Part shown: piece after piece, positions 26,670 to 36,900 of the stretch
How the letters are laid out: every line of letters starts with the position of its first letter
Numbering within the stretch: the first letter of the stretch is position 1
Source: Spirochaetia bacterium
Lineage (GTDB): Bacteria; Spirochaetota; Spirochaetia; CAKZLE01
DNA length: 64,000 bases
Direction of reading: 5' to 3'
NCBI GenBank assembly: GCA_963677595.1
Contig: OY782041.1
Location: forward strand, 2,368,001-2,432,000
The notes under the pieces: model-generated
What the model was told of the DNA's origin: nothing
Databases searched by the model: none
The model's input: the letters and a program-made list of their open reading frames with translations, nothing else
Made by a program: the position numbers and the translations under genes

Positions 26670-26903
26670 ATGTTAGGGTTAGAAAAAGATCAGATGATCG
26701 GGTTTAGAGATCAGGCAATCTCCGCTTTACAGGCAGTCATGCTCAGTGGTTCCTCGTATGAGATCACTCATGCAGATGGTTCTAGGCAGCGGGTGACCAG
26801 GGCCAATATTTCAGAGATCCAGGAAGTAATTCACTTCTGGCAGCAGGAAATCGATATTCTCGAGGGTAAGGGGAGTCCACTGTATGTCAGACCGGGCTTC
26901 TAA
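26670..26903 (+). CDS. Head-tail joining protein (gpW-like)
   Basis: 77 aa, SYEI...RQRVTRANISEI; immediately upstream of the portal gene. Confidence 0.75.
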   Translation: MLGLEKDQMIGFRDQAISALQAVMLSGSSYEITHADGSRQRVTRANISEIQEVIHFWQQEIDILEGKGSPLYVRPGF

Positions 26904-28431
26904 GATCTCAACACTTGATCGCTTCATTTCCTATATCTCACCATCCTCCGGAATCAAAAGGATTCAGGCCAAGGCTGCAATTGATGCCTATGCCTTCGGC
27001 TCTTCAGCAGGGTACACCGGAAAGAAAACCAGATACGGACTGTCAAACACCATGCCGGTCGGTGATGATACCGATTACTCTTTAGCACAGCTTCGAAATT
27101 ATTCCCGTTCTCTGGTGACCTATACTTCGATTGGTGCTGGGGCAGTCTATATCAATGCCTCCAATACGATCGGGACCGGGCTCAAGATGCAGCCCTCGAT
27201 CCTGGAGAATGTGGTCCCGTTATCAAAGAAACAGATCGAAGCTCTCCAGGTTCAGATCAAGCAGCGATGGAAGCTCTGGTCAGAGAGTACTGATTGTGAC
27301 TTCCACGGCCAGTTTACCTTCAACCAGCTGCAGTTCCTCATGTACCTCTCAAAACTCACTAGCGGTGATGTTCTTGTTACCTTGCCCCTGGCTCATGAGG
27401 ACCGGACAGTGAACGGCCTGAAAGTGAACATCATTGAAGCTGACCGTGTTCGTAATGATCACCTGAAAAGCAACAGTGAGACCCTTGTGAACGGGGTGGA
27501 GCTTGATGCCCAGGGAAGGCCGGTCGGGGTGTATGTCCATCCTTCCGAGAATTCACTTGAAGACCAGGCAGCAGTCTATGTTCCGTTTGTCGGAACCAAA
27601 AGCAAAAGACGGAATGCTTTTCTCTGCTATACCCCGAAACGACCGAAAGAGTACCGGGGGAAACCCTTTCTATCTCCGGTGACCGAGACGATCAAGAAGC
27701 TGGACCGGTACTTTGAGAGTGAGATCACGGCCAGTGAAGTGAATTCCCTGTTCGGGCTGTTCATCAAGACCCCTTCGGGTGATGCCAGCTCAATTCTTGG
27801 GAAAACACCCATTACCCGAAACCCTGAGACCACCTATCCTGATGCTCCCGATTATTCTCTGGAGCCTGGAGTAGTGCTGCAGGGAAGGCCTGGAGATGAA
27901 GTACAGAGCTTCGATCCCGCAAGACCAAACTCAGCCTTCGGAGAGTTTATCAAATCTTCCCTGGTCCTGGTCGGGATGGGATTGCAGATCCCTTACGAGA
28001 TCCTGATCCAGTTCTTCTCCTCATCCTACTCAGCAAGCAAGGCAGCACAGAATGAGTACTGGAAAACAGTAAGGCGGGATCGTAATGATTTTGCACTCTT
28101 CTGCCAGCATATCTATGAGGAGTGGTTGACCGAGGAAGTCCTGCAGGGACGGATCAGCTGCCCCGGTTTCTTTGATGATATCGCAACGAAGCGAGCGTAT
28201 TGTCATGCCTCCTGGGTGGGAATTGCCCCGGGACAGATCAATCCTTCCGTTGAAGTAAAGGCAGCTATCGACCGGATTAATGGAAAGCTCTCCTCCCGGA
28301 AGAAGGAGTCTGCAGCTCTCGGCTTCGATCTCGATGAAGTCCTCGATGACCTTCATGATGAGCTGGAAGAGATGAAGAGTAGAGGACTCTACCAGGAAGC
28401 AGTGATAGAAACAAAAGAGGAAGAAGCATGA
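26884..28431 (+). CDS. Portal protein, lambda family
   Basis: LRNYSRSL, IEADRV, NGVELDAQGRPV, YRGKP, SSYSASK, QINPSVEV. Confidence 0.93.
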   Translation: MSDRASKISTLDRFISYISPSSGIKRIQAKAAIDAYAFGSSAGYTGKKTRYGLSNTMPVGDDTDYSLAQLRNYSRSLVTYTSIGAGAVYINASNTIGTGLKMQPSILENVVPLSKKQIEALQVQIKQRWKLWSESTDCDFHGQFTFNQLQFLMYLSKLTSGDVLVTLPLAHEDRTVNGLKVNIIEADRVRNDHLKSNSETLVNGVELDAQGRPVGVYVHPSENSLEDQAAVYVPFVGTKSKRRNAFLCYTPKRPKEYRGKPFLSPVTETIKKLDRYFESEITASEVNSLFGLFIKTPSGDASSILGKTPITRNPETTYPDAPDYSLEPGVVLQGRPGDEVQSFDPARPNSAFGEFIKSSLVLVGMGLQIPYEILIQFFSSSYSASKAAQNEYWKTVRRDRNDFALFCQHIYEEWLTEEVLQGRISCPGFFDDIATKRAYCHASWVGIAPGQINPSVEVKAAIDRINGKLSSRKKESAALGFDLDEVLDDLHDELEEMKSRGLYQEAVIETKEEEA

Positions 28432-29597
28432 GAGGATTATGGGCAATTGATACAACCTATAGCAGGGACCTGTCAGCAATCCAGGCTATGAGCTATTCCG
28501 TCCAGGACCGAAAGGACCTGGAGACAGCTTTTGAGGAAGTGACTGCTCCCTACTGGATCGAGGGTGATACCGCCTTTATCAAGATCCAGGGAGTGCTCTC
28601 CCGGCAGTGGTCCTTCGAAACCTGGCTGCTTGGTGGACTGCCGACCGGGTACCTGCAGCATGTCTTTGGGCAGGCAATAGCAGATCCCTCGGTGGCAAAG
28701 ATCCAGCTTTACTTCGATTCTCCAGGAGGGGAAGTGTCGGGATTGAGTGAGTTCGCTCAAGTTGTCAGGAATTCACCGAAACCGATCCATGCCCATATAT
28801 CAGGGCATTGTACCTCAGGTGCCTATTGGCTCGCTTCCCAGGCAGGGAAGATCTCTGCCTCGAAGACCTCGATGATCGGGTCCATTGGAGCGTTCATCAG
28901 TTTCAGGAAGGCAAAGGACTCGGGCTATGAGGAGGTGATCTACCGATCATCCGAGCATAAAGCTCCCGATCCAGAGAGTAGCGAGGGAAAGAGCGAGTAC
29001 CAGAAGCTGGTGGAAGGGATAGCCAATCTGTTTGAGGCAGATGTAGCTGAAGGCCGGGGTGTCGGGATGAAGACCGTGCAGGATACCTATGGGCAGGGGA
29101 AAGTTTTCCTGGCAGAGGAAGCATTATCACTCGGACTGATTGATGAACTCATCAACAGTATCGATATCGCATACAAAGCGGGCGAGAGCCTGGAATCTAT
29201 AGGAGGCAGTATGAAAACAGAGAAGCAGAAAGCAGAAGAGCTCGAACAGACTCCTGCTGCAGCTGTTACCGATGAAATGAGCGCTCACGTGACTGCCGAA
29301 GCAGAACGTGAACGAATCACAGCGATCCTGGGACTTGATGGTCCTGAGGATATCACGAACGAAGCCATCAAGGCAGGCTGGAGTGTTGAGGATGCGGCAG
29401 TGAAGGTCAATGCCTATCTCAAGGGCCAGCTCGAGCAGATGAAGACAGGACGGAAAGAAGATGCGAAGGTTCTGGAGAATATCCCGCAGGAACCGGCAGG
29501 TGATGTCGTTCCTTCGAAGAACCAGGTGAACATCTTCGGCATTGAGAGAGCAAGCATCGATGCTGAGCTCGATCGACTCAGTGGAAAAGGAGCGTAA
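28428..29597 (+). CDS. S49 prohead protease with C-terminal scaffold (gpC-like)
   Basis: DSPGG, SGAYWLAS, GSIG, GLIDE; AERERITAI scaffold segment. Confidence 0.9.
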   Translation: MRGLWAIDTTYSRDLSAIQAMSYSVQDRKDLETAFEEVTAPYWIEGDTAFIKIQGVLSRQWSFETWLLGGLPTGYLQHVFGQAIADPSVAKIQLYFDSPGGEVSGLSEFAQVVRNSPKPIHAHISGHCTSGAYWLASQAGKISASKTSMIGSIGAFISFRKAKDSGYEEVIYRSSEHKAPDPESSEGKSEYQKLVEGIANLFEADVAEGRGVGMKTVQDTYGQGKVFLAEEALSLGLIDELINSIDIAYKAGESLESIGGSMKTEKQKAEELEQTPAAAVTDEMSAHVTAEAERERITAILGLDGPEDITNEAIKAGWSVEDAAVKVNAYLKGQLEQMKTGRKEDAKVLENIPQEPAGDVVPSKNQVNIFGIERASIDAELDRLSGKGA

Positions 29598-29601
29598 GTA
29601 G

Positions 29602-30219
29602 ATGGATACGAATGTGAGCGAAGTACGGAATGTACTGCTTGGAGGCTGGGTCACAGCAAAGGCGAATGTTATCGCTGCAGGGCAGAACCTGCTCAAAGGA
29701 ACCGTGCTCTCCGAGATCAAGAGTGCTGCAGCCGCTGCAGCTGATGCCGGTAATACCGGTGACGGGACGGTGGGAAGTATCTCAGTCGGTCCCCTGGTGA
29801 AGAAGGGAGTGTATCAGCTGATCTGCAACGGCTCCGGCTTCAACGTGATCTCCCCGGAGGGAGATGCCTGCGGAGTTGCAGTGGTTGATGAAGCTTTCAC
29901 CTCCCGTGAACTAAATCTGACTGTTGCTGCCGGGGCTGCAGCCTTTGTGGCTGGGGATTTCTTCACGATCACCGTGAGCGGTACCGGAAAGCACAAGATG
30001 GTAGCAGCCGATGCAACGGATGGATCAGGTACTGCAGAGCAGGTCCTGATGCTCGATGTTGATGCAACTGAGGCTGATGTGCCGAGTAAGGGCTGGGAGA
30101 GCGGTGAGTTTGATGCAGCGTTTCTGATCGTTCCCGATGGTGAGAGCATTGCAGCCTACCGGGATCAGATGAGAGTGAAGAGCATGATCCAGATTGAAAC
30201 TACAGGAGGGAACTATTAA
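29602..30219 (+). CDS. Head decoration protein (gpD-like)
   Basis: GQNLLKGTVL, DATDGS, DVDATEAD; lies between protease and capsid genes. Confidence 0.8.
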   Translation: MDTNVSEVRNVLLGGWVTAKANVIAAGQNLLKGTVLSEIKSAAAAAADAGNTGDGTVGSISVGPLVKKGVYQLICNGSGFNVISPEGDACGVAVVDEAFTSRELNLTVAAGAAAFVAGDFFTITVSGTGKHKMVAADATDGSGTAEQVLMLDVDATEADVPSKGWESGEFDAAFLIVPDGESIAAYRDQMRVKSMIQIETTGGNY

Positions 30220-31256
30220 TGACCGTAGATATCTTTACCCGGGAACAGATGGCCCGGGCTTATGAGCAGACCTTGGGGAATCCCATGTTTCTCTACTCAA
30301 CTCTCTGGGGAAACTCCCAGAGCCAGAAGATTGTGACCGCCGATGTGAAGGTCATGGTCGATAAGATCAACAAATCAAGGTATATGGCCGGGTACACCGA
30401 GCACCAGGAACCGGCGAGGCTTATCTCGAAGTCAGGCTACTCGACTGACGAGTTCCAGCCTCCCTTCATCAATGAATCGGTGGCCTTCAACTATACCCAT
30501 GCCTCCAAGAGACCGGCAGGGGTAACTCCCTTCGGGACTCACGGGGTGAAGACCGGGGTGGATGAGCTGGTACGCAATACCAGGGAGCTGAGAAGCCGGT
30601 GGCTGCGAACCGTCGAGTACCAGTGCTCTTCAGCACTTTTCACCGGGAAGATCACCGCGGGGGACAAGACCTTCGACTTCGGTCTCAAGGCTACCCACAA
30701 GGTTGATCTGACTACCAAGTGGACCTCTGATTCTGCAGATCCCTTCAAGGATCTCGATGACATCATCGCTCTCAATGAGGAAGAGTCAGGAACCCCGACG
30801 AATATGGTGATCATGAGTATCACAGCCTGGCAGGCTTTCAGGAATAACAAGAAGGTCATGGCCATGATGGGCTCTCCCGCTTCCTCCCGCTGGATCAGCT
30901 TCGGGAATCTCAATGCTCCTTCCTATAATCCTGCCATGCAGGCTTCGTTAAAGGGAGCCCTGGAACTCACCGAGGCGACTGTTGAGATCTGGGTCTATGG
31001 CGGCAGGTATTTCGATGGGACCGAGACCAAGCGCTATGCCCCGGACGGCTGGATCTGGGTGGGAAGTAAAGAGACCCGCTATGACCAGTACTTCACCGGG
31101 TTCTTCGATTCCGAGTACATGGATATGGTACAGGCCGAGTACATGCTCGACCAGCTGAAGGAGACCAACCCTGACCAGGTGATCACCCGTCTCCGCAGCT
31201 GCCCGTTGATGGTGCCGATCGATATCGATTCCTACAGCGTCGTGAAGGTGGCCTAA
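30219..31256 (+). CDS. Major capsid protein (gpE family)
   Basis: 345 aa, RTVEYQCSSALFTGKI, W..ADPFKDL, SCPLMVP; position in the head operon. Confidence 0.9.
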   Translation: MTVDIFTREQMARAYEQTLGNPMFLYSTLWGNSQSQKIVTADVKVMVDKINKSRYMAGYTEHQEPARLISKSGYSTDEFQPPFINESVAFNYTHASKRPAGVTPFGTHGVKTGVDELVRNTRELRSRWLRTVEYQCSSALFTGKITAGDKTFDFGLKATHKVDLTTKWTSDSADPFKDLDDIIALNEEESGTPTNMVIMSITAWQAFRNNKKVMAMMGSPASSRWISFGNLNAPSYNPAMQASLKGALELTEATVEIWVYGGRYFDGTETKRYAPDGWIWVGSKETRYDQYFTGFFDSEYMDMVQAEYMLDQLKETNPDQVITRLRSCPLMVPIDIDSYSVVKVA

Positions 31257-31259
31257 GGA

Positions 31260-31583
31260 ATGGGAGTGGAATTCTGGGATCAGGTTGCTGTTGATACTGC
31301 CTCCCTCATCGGGGGAAGCGAGGTTTCTGTGCCCTTCCTCATTCTTGATGGGGAAGAGGAGTATGAGGCCTCGGGTATCTTCGAGCACTCCTACCGGGAG
31401 CTCGCGGGTGACGGCCCGATCCCGATTCCTTCCCGGTATGCTGCAATCAGGGTATATGAGGCAGCCATTCCGGTTCGTATCAGAACCGGTATGCAACTGA
31501 AGATTCTGGGAAAAACCTACCAGGTCATGAATATTCGTGAACCTGGACGAGACGGGATTACAACTCTGGAGCTGCAATTATGA
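31260..31583 (+). CDS. Head-tail connector (FII-like)
   Basis: Position after the capsid gene; C-terminus YQVMNIREPGRDGITTLEL. Confidence 0.6.
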   Translation: MGVEFWDQVAVDTASLIGGSEVSVPFLILDGEEEYEASGIFEHSYRELAGDGPIPIPSRYAAIRVYEAAIPVRIRTGMQLKILGKTYQVMNIREPGRDGITTLELQL

Positions 31584-31978
31584 GGTTCTCAGCCCATGCC
31601 TTTGTGGACCTTGAAGCCCTGGAGCGGGTAGTCGAGCGGTTCCCTGAAATGAGGAGCCGATATCTCGGTTTTACGGCAACAAGGATCAAGGCACTGATAA
31701 AGAGCCAGTTCCTCTCGGGACAGGAGATCCTGCTTACTAAGAGCCAGGATTCTCTTGGAAGAAGCATGGTGAACTATCGGATCTCCGGGAGAGGGGAGAA
31801 GGCCCGGCTAACCTCCATTCCGATGAATCTGTTTGAGCGGGGACGATTACTCCGGTCGGGGAAAAAAGAACAGGGGAAATGGGTTGTGACGAGAAAGGTC
31901 CCTCAGGAGGCTCAAGCTCAGGTCCACCTCTGGGCGAGTGAGTTTGAGCAGGAAGTGTTGAAGGAGTTTACCAGGTGA
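31580..31978 (+). CDS. Putative tail completion/neck protein
   Basis: Basic 132 aa, translationally coupled, synteny. Confidence 0.55.
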   Translation: MRFSAHAFVDLEALERVVERFPEMRSRYLGFTATRIKALIKSQFLSGQEILLTKSQDSLGRSMVNYRISGRGEKARLTSIPMNLFERGRLLRSGKKEQGKWVVTRKVPQEAQAQVHLWASEFEQEVLKEFTR

Positions 31979-32382
31979 GTACGAAGGAGAGGCTGCAGCA
32001 GGTCATAGATCACCTGATGGTGGATCTGAATGAACGACTGACGGAAGCAGATTTAGCAGCAGTACAGAACTGGGGGCTCTACCGGGTAGATGATAACCGG
32101 GGCGAGTACGACTGTGTGGGAACGGTATCCATGTGGGGCTCGGCGATCGATGAGGATCAACGAATCGGGGAAGTAACGGTGGAGATCAGGCTCCCTTCGG
32201 GCAGCGATGCCCAGATGGACCAGTACCAGGATCTGCTGATTGAGAGCCTCGATGCTGGTGGGACCTTCACTGATGCCTTTACGGAAACCTCGGTAACAGG
32301 GGAAGAGAAGTGGCCGAGTGGGCCGCAGGTACATGCTGCTGTGATGGTGCAGCTGCAGGTACGGATGAACAGACTCTATTAA
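31975..32382 (+). CDS. Putative tail terminator
   Basis: Acidic 135 aa directly before the tail tube gene. Confidence 0.5.
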   Translation: MSTKERLQQVIDHLMVDLNERLTEADLAAVQNWGLYRVDDNRGEYDCVGTVSMWGSAIDEDQRIGEVTVEIRLPSGSDAQMDQYQDLLIESLDAGGTFTDAFTETSVTGEEKWPSGPQVHAAVMVQLQVRMNRLY

Positions 32383-32394
32383 AAAGGAGAGATT

Positions 32395-33045
32395 ATGTCG
32401 AAAGAACGACCTGCCGGTAAAGACGGCAAGCATTACTATTTTAAACCCGGAGCACAGATCTCCGGTGACTCCATCTTAAAGCTCACAGCAGGCTGGTACC
32501 TGGTGGCGGCAAAGCATGTAAGTGCCAGTACCCTCCCAGCAGGGAAGAAGGTTGGAACGATCTTCCATACCGAAACTGACCTGATTACCCCGGCTGAGGG
32601 CGATAACGTGATTCCTCTCGAAGCTTCAGTGATCGAGTGGGCGACTGACGGTGAAGTATCGGCAAGCAGAGGGGTGGTGGAAGATACCGTCCAGGGAGAT
32701 TTTGCTGCTCACTTCCAGGATGAAGGTTACCCGAACAGTACCTACTCCTTGAGCGGGTACAACCGAATTGGCGACGAGCTGCAGAAGGAACTCAAGAACC
32801 GGACTGGTACCCTGAGTATCGATGACGGTGCAGGCTCGATCACGGTCACCGAACCGAAGGGAGATGAGATCATCTTCGGTGTCTGTGCCTATGAGTCGGC
32901 AGTAAGCGGGGAGAGTGAGGAGTGGACGATCCTATCAGGACTGATCACCTCAGTGACCTTGAATAAACCTCTGAAGGGTAACCAGGATTTCTCCCTGCAG
33001 CTGCAGCTGAACTACCGGGATACCTATCTCAAGACCGTAGCGTAG
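32395..33045 (+). CDS. Putative major tail tube protein
   Basis: 216 aa, strong AAGGAG RBS, beta-rich C-terminus (GLITSVTL...FSLQLQL), upstream of chaperone and tape-measure genes. Confidence 0.65.
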   Translation: MSKERPAGKDGKHYYFKPGAQISGDSILKLTAGWYLVAAKHVSASTLPAGKKVGTIFHTETDLITPAEGDNVIPLEASVIEWATDGEVSASRGVVEDTVQGDFAAHFQDEGYPNSTYSLSGYNRIGDELQKELKNRTGTLSIDDGAGSITVTEPKGDEIIFGVCAYESAVSGESEEWTILSGLITSVTLNKPLKGNQDFSLQLQLNYRDTYLKTVA

Positions 33046-33055
33046 GGGTAAGTAG

Positions 33056-33259
33056 ATGGAACTGAGAATTAAGAGAATCAGACCGGGAGACTTCTCCATC
33101 CATACAGAGAACGGAGAAGATATCTCCAACGCGGAGCATAAAGAAACCCGGTATCTGGGAGAAGAGGTGATCACCACGATCACCATCCGTACCCTGGCAA
33201 AGCATACCGGGAAATTCGTGAGAGCGAAAAAGGTGCAGGAGGAAAAGAGTGGAGATTAG
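33056..33259 (+). CDS. Hypothetical phage protein
   Basis: 67-aa ORF filling the gap in the tail operon. Confidence 0.45.
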   Translation: MELRIKRIRPGDFSIHTENGEDISNAEHKETRYLGEEVITTITIRTLAKHTGKFVRAKKVQEEKSGD

Positions 33260-33596
33260 TGCAGTACTGCATGAGCGGTTTATACCGAGACTGTGGGGGA
33301 ATGAGCAGAGACCTGCAACTGAGCAGATTGTCATCGAGCTTGAGCACCTCACTGCCCGGGAGATGGCCGAGTTTGAGTACACCCTCAACGATAACGGGGT
33401 CTACCGGAAGATGTACGACTACAACCGGATCGCAAAAAAGATCTTCTCGATTACTAACTTCATGGTAGGTAAAGAGGCGATCGATACCGCTGAGAAGCTT
33501 CTTGCAGCAAAGAGCCGGAAGGCTTCCGAGCTCCTGAAGGAGATCATCTACCACCTCTTCTATGAGGAACCGGATGAGATTGAAACAAAAAACTGA
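33249..33596 (+). CDS. Tail assembly chaperone (gpG-like)
   Basis: Ends in slippery A AAA AAC just before the TGA; upstream of the tape measure gene. Confidence 0.75.
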   Translation: MEISAVLHERFIPRLWGNEQRPATEQIVIELEHLTAREMAEFEYTLNDNGVYRKMYDYNRIAKKIFSITNFMVGKEAIDTAEKLLAAKSRKASELLKEIIYHLFYEEPDEIETKN

Positions 33597-33934
33597 TTGC
33601 TGCGTTCCAGCTCTCCTATCTGGGCTGGTTCGCAGCTGAATGGATTGAAGGGCGAGACCCTCCGAGGATTCCGGTCCCGGAGCCGGAGGGCTATATCGAG
33701 GGGAAGATGATTGCAGGCTTACGAACTTCTTTGTTCGTCAGTCTGTATGGGATATGGCATGACTATCATGTCCTCCAGGTCCTTCCCCACGGGAAAGGGA
33801 CTCTCGATGAGAGACCGGTAGTGATCCGATGGATCAAACGATTTGAAGCAGAACTTGCCTCGGTGCAGAGGTGGGAGAGACAAAGAGAAAAGGAGAAGCT
33901 GCCGGTATGCCGAGCGGAGCCAAGATACAGTTAG
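33593..33934 (+). CDS. gpT-like -1 frameshift extension of the tail chaperone
   Basis: The -1 frame is open from 33593 (LIAAFQLSYLGWF...) and continuous with ORF 33707..33934. Confidence 0.72.
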   Translation: MIAAFQLSYLGWFAAEWIEGRDPPRIPVPEPEGYIEGKMIAGLRTSLFVSLYGIWHDYHVLQVLPHGKGTLDERPVVIRWIKRFEAELASVQRWERQREKEKLPVCRAEPRYS

Positions 33935-36900
33935 TCATCGATGCTGACAGCAAACGCGCTGAAGCCAACCTGAAAGCATTTCAGGCCGAGGCGAAATCAG
34001 CAGGAGCTTCTGTATCCAAACTTGACCAGGTTGCCAGTGCAAGACATCTCGAAAAATTTGAGGAACGACTCTCACGCAATGCAAAAGCGGCAAAGTACTT
34101 CGGCGGGGAGACTGCTGCCCTTGAAAAAGAGCAGCAGCTCCTTCGTCGTGAAATCGAACGGCTTATCAGGCAGGGGATGGACCCGCTGGACTCTACGGTC
34201 ACAAGGCTGAAGAGCCGGTATGACAGCAACTCGGTATCACTGCAGAAACTTACCTCAGCAAATAGAGCCTACTCAGCGACGATGAAGACTGCTTCAGCAG
34301 TAACGGGAACCTTCATGCGGACCGTGCTCCCATTCGTGGGCGTGACTGCTGCAATCAGTTCTGCGGTCTCCATGATCAGGGACTCGGGGGCAGCTTTCGA
34401 GGAATCGGAAGCAAGAGCCCAGAAATTTGCGATCACCTATGAGGGGATCACGGATCTTGCAACCGAGCGGGTGAAGAAGCTTGCAGATACTTTCAACTAC
34501 GCTGACAGCACCATGATGGGTATCCTCGCAGAGACCGGGGACCTGCTGACCGGTTTCGGCTTGGCAGGAGTTGAAGCACTGAATCTCACTGAGAAGGCTG
34601 CCTATCTTGGGGCAGCACTGGCGAAGATGAACCCGAATATCGGGGACGCTGCAGCTGCGACTTCAGACCTCACCAAGCTCATGAGCGGTGAAGGTGAGTC
34701 AATGAAGAAGTGGGGTGTCATTGTCAGGGACTCGGCTGTCCAGGCAAAGCTCCTCGAGCAGGGGCTGACCAGGCTTACCGGGGAAGCACTCCTTCAGGCC
34801 CAGGCACAGGCACGTCTCGAGATCGCCTACAGCCAGAGCAAGAATGCCCTCGCGAATGTCTCCTCTGAAACCGTCCTCGCTCTTGATGTTGCCAGGCGCT
34901 ATGATGAGGCCTGGAAGGAACGAAAGGAGATTATCGGGGAAGCGACTACCAATTTCTTCACCCCGATCAAGCTGAAGATCGCCGAGCAGATCGAAGCCTG
35001 GAATGACGCGACCCAGGCAAAGAAGAACTATGATGCTGCCCTCGCCGGAGATCCCACTGCAGACCTGACAGCAGCCATTGCCAGGCAGCAGGAGAAGGTT
35101 GATGAACTCTATCAGGATCTTGAGAGCTATGCGAATCCCGACAATCTTGCCAAGAAATGGTTCTATGGCGGAGCTGACTGGATTCGGGAAGCCGTCGGCG
35201 GGGATACGATTGTCGAGAGTGTCCTGGAGAAGATCAAGGCAGAAGAAGGGAAACTCCAGCAGCTTAAAGATCAGCTGGCTGAGCAGACAGCGGAGCGGAG
35301 TACCGCTTCCACCATTGAAAGCAGCATTGCCAAGTACCAGGCGAGCCATGAAGCTCTTGAGAAGACGAATGCAGCAATCGAATCCCAGTTCTCGGCAATC
35401 GACCGACTCTCTGAAGCGAATGAGAAGGCAGGAGTCACCTTTGATTCTTTCACCGAAAAACAGCTTGCTGCCAGGAAGGCTTTGACTGAGTTAGTTTCCG
35501 GTGGAGTGATTAACACGGAACATCTCGATGAATTCATCGGTACTTATCGGGAATTCCTCGCTGAGGTGGAGAAGAAGCCTGCAGAGACTCCTACAATTGA
35601 TTTCTCCTCCCTCACTACAGAGCTTGATGCCCAGCTCACTGCAGTTGATCAGCTTCAGGCTGCATACCTCCGAGCAGGTAGTGAGTTTGACGGGTTCACC
35701 AAGAAACAGGCTCAGGTTCAGAAGGGTTTCGAAGCCCTGGCAACCAGCGGAGCTGACACAGAAATCCTTGATGCCTTCATTGCCAAGTACCGAGAGTTTC
35801 TAGCCCTCAGTGAAGGGGAAAACGGGGACCTGCCGCTCACGAGCGGGGAAGCTTTCTCTGCCTACCGGAGTGAACTCGATGCTGAGATCCTCTCTATTGA
35901 TAAGCTCTCAGCTGCCTATAGAAAGGCAGGGATCGAGTTTGATTCCTTCGAGCGGAAACAGCAGGCTGCCCGGAAACTCCTGAATGAAGTAGTCTCTTCC
36001 GGCTCTCTCGATACCGCCGATCTTGATCGATTCATTGGAGCCTACAAGGAATTCCTCGCTGATCTCCCTGAGGGTGGAGCATCCCTCCCTGCGGTCTCTT
36101 TCTCTGATATGAGTTCTGAACTCTCTGACCAGATCACCTCTATCGAACAGATGGCAGCAGCCTATGAACTGGCTGGTGGGGAGTTCGATGCATTCAATGA
36201 GAAACAGGCTGCCGTGAAGAAGACCTTCGAGGAACTTATCCAGGCAGGAACTGATACCGAGTTCCTGAAAGGATTCATTGCCCAGTATAGGGAATTCTTG
36301 GAAGTTGGGGAGAAAACATCAAGTATTGCTGAGGTCCTTTCTTCCGTTGATGAAGCTGCGTTCAACCTGAGAAATCAGTATGCCCGCATGGGGATCGAGC
36401 TTTCTGAAACAGAGAGTAAGACTAAGGTTCTTGAAGAGAAACTGGCAGCACTCGCGGCGACCGGGGAATATACCGAGTGGGAGCTCTATCAGATCGAGCA
36501 GACTCTGAAGGACCTGAAAGCAGCCTCTGATGAGACGGCTTCAGCCTGGGACAGCCTGGCTGATTCTATGACCTCAGCCTTAAGTGGTTTCCTCGAGGAT
36601 GCGATCGGTTCCCTCGGTTCCGGTGAGTTTGATCTCTCGGGTGCAGCAGAGTCTGCGATTGATACGGTGATCGGCGGGGCAGCGGATGCCGCTATGGTTG
36701 CCTTCCCTCAGTTTGCTCCCCTGATCGCTCTCGGTGAAGGTGCCATCAAGGGACTGAACAAGGCGATCTTCGATACGATCTCGGCAACCAGCGAAGCCAA
36801 TGATCTCATTGAGGAACAGCATGCAGCAATCACTGAGTTGTTTGCCGATGTGCTCGACCTGGAGACTGAGCTTGCAGACCAGAGAACAGAAGCGATCTAT

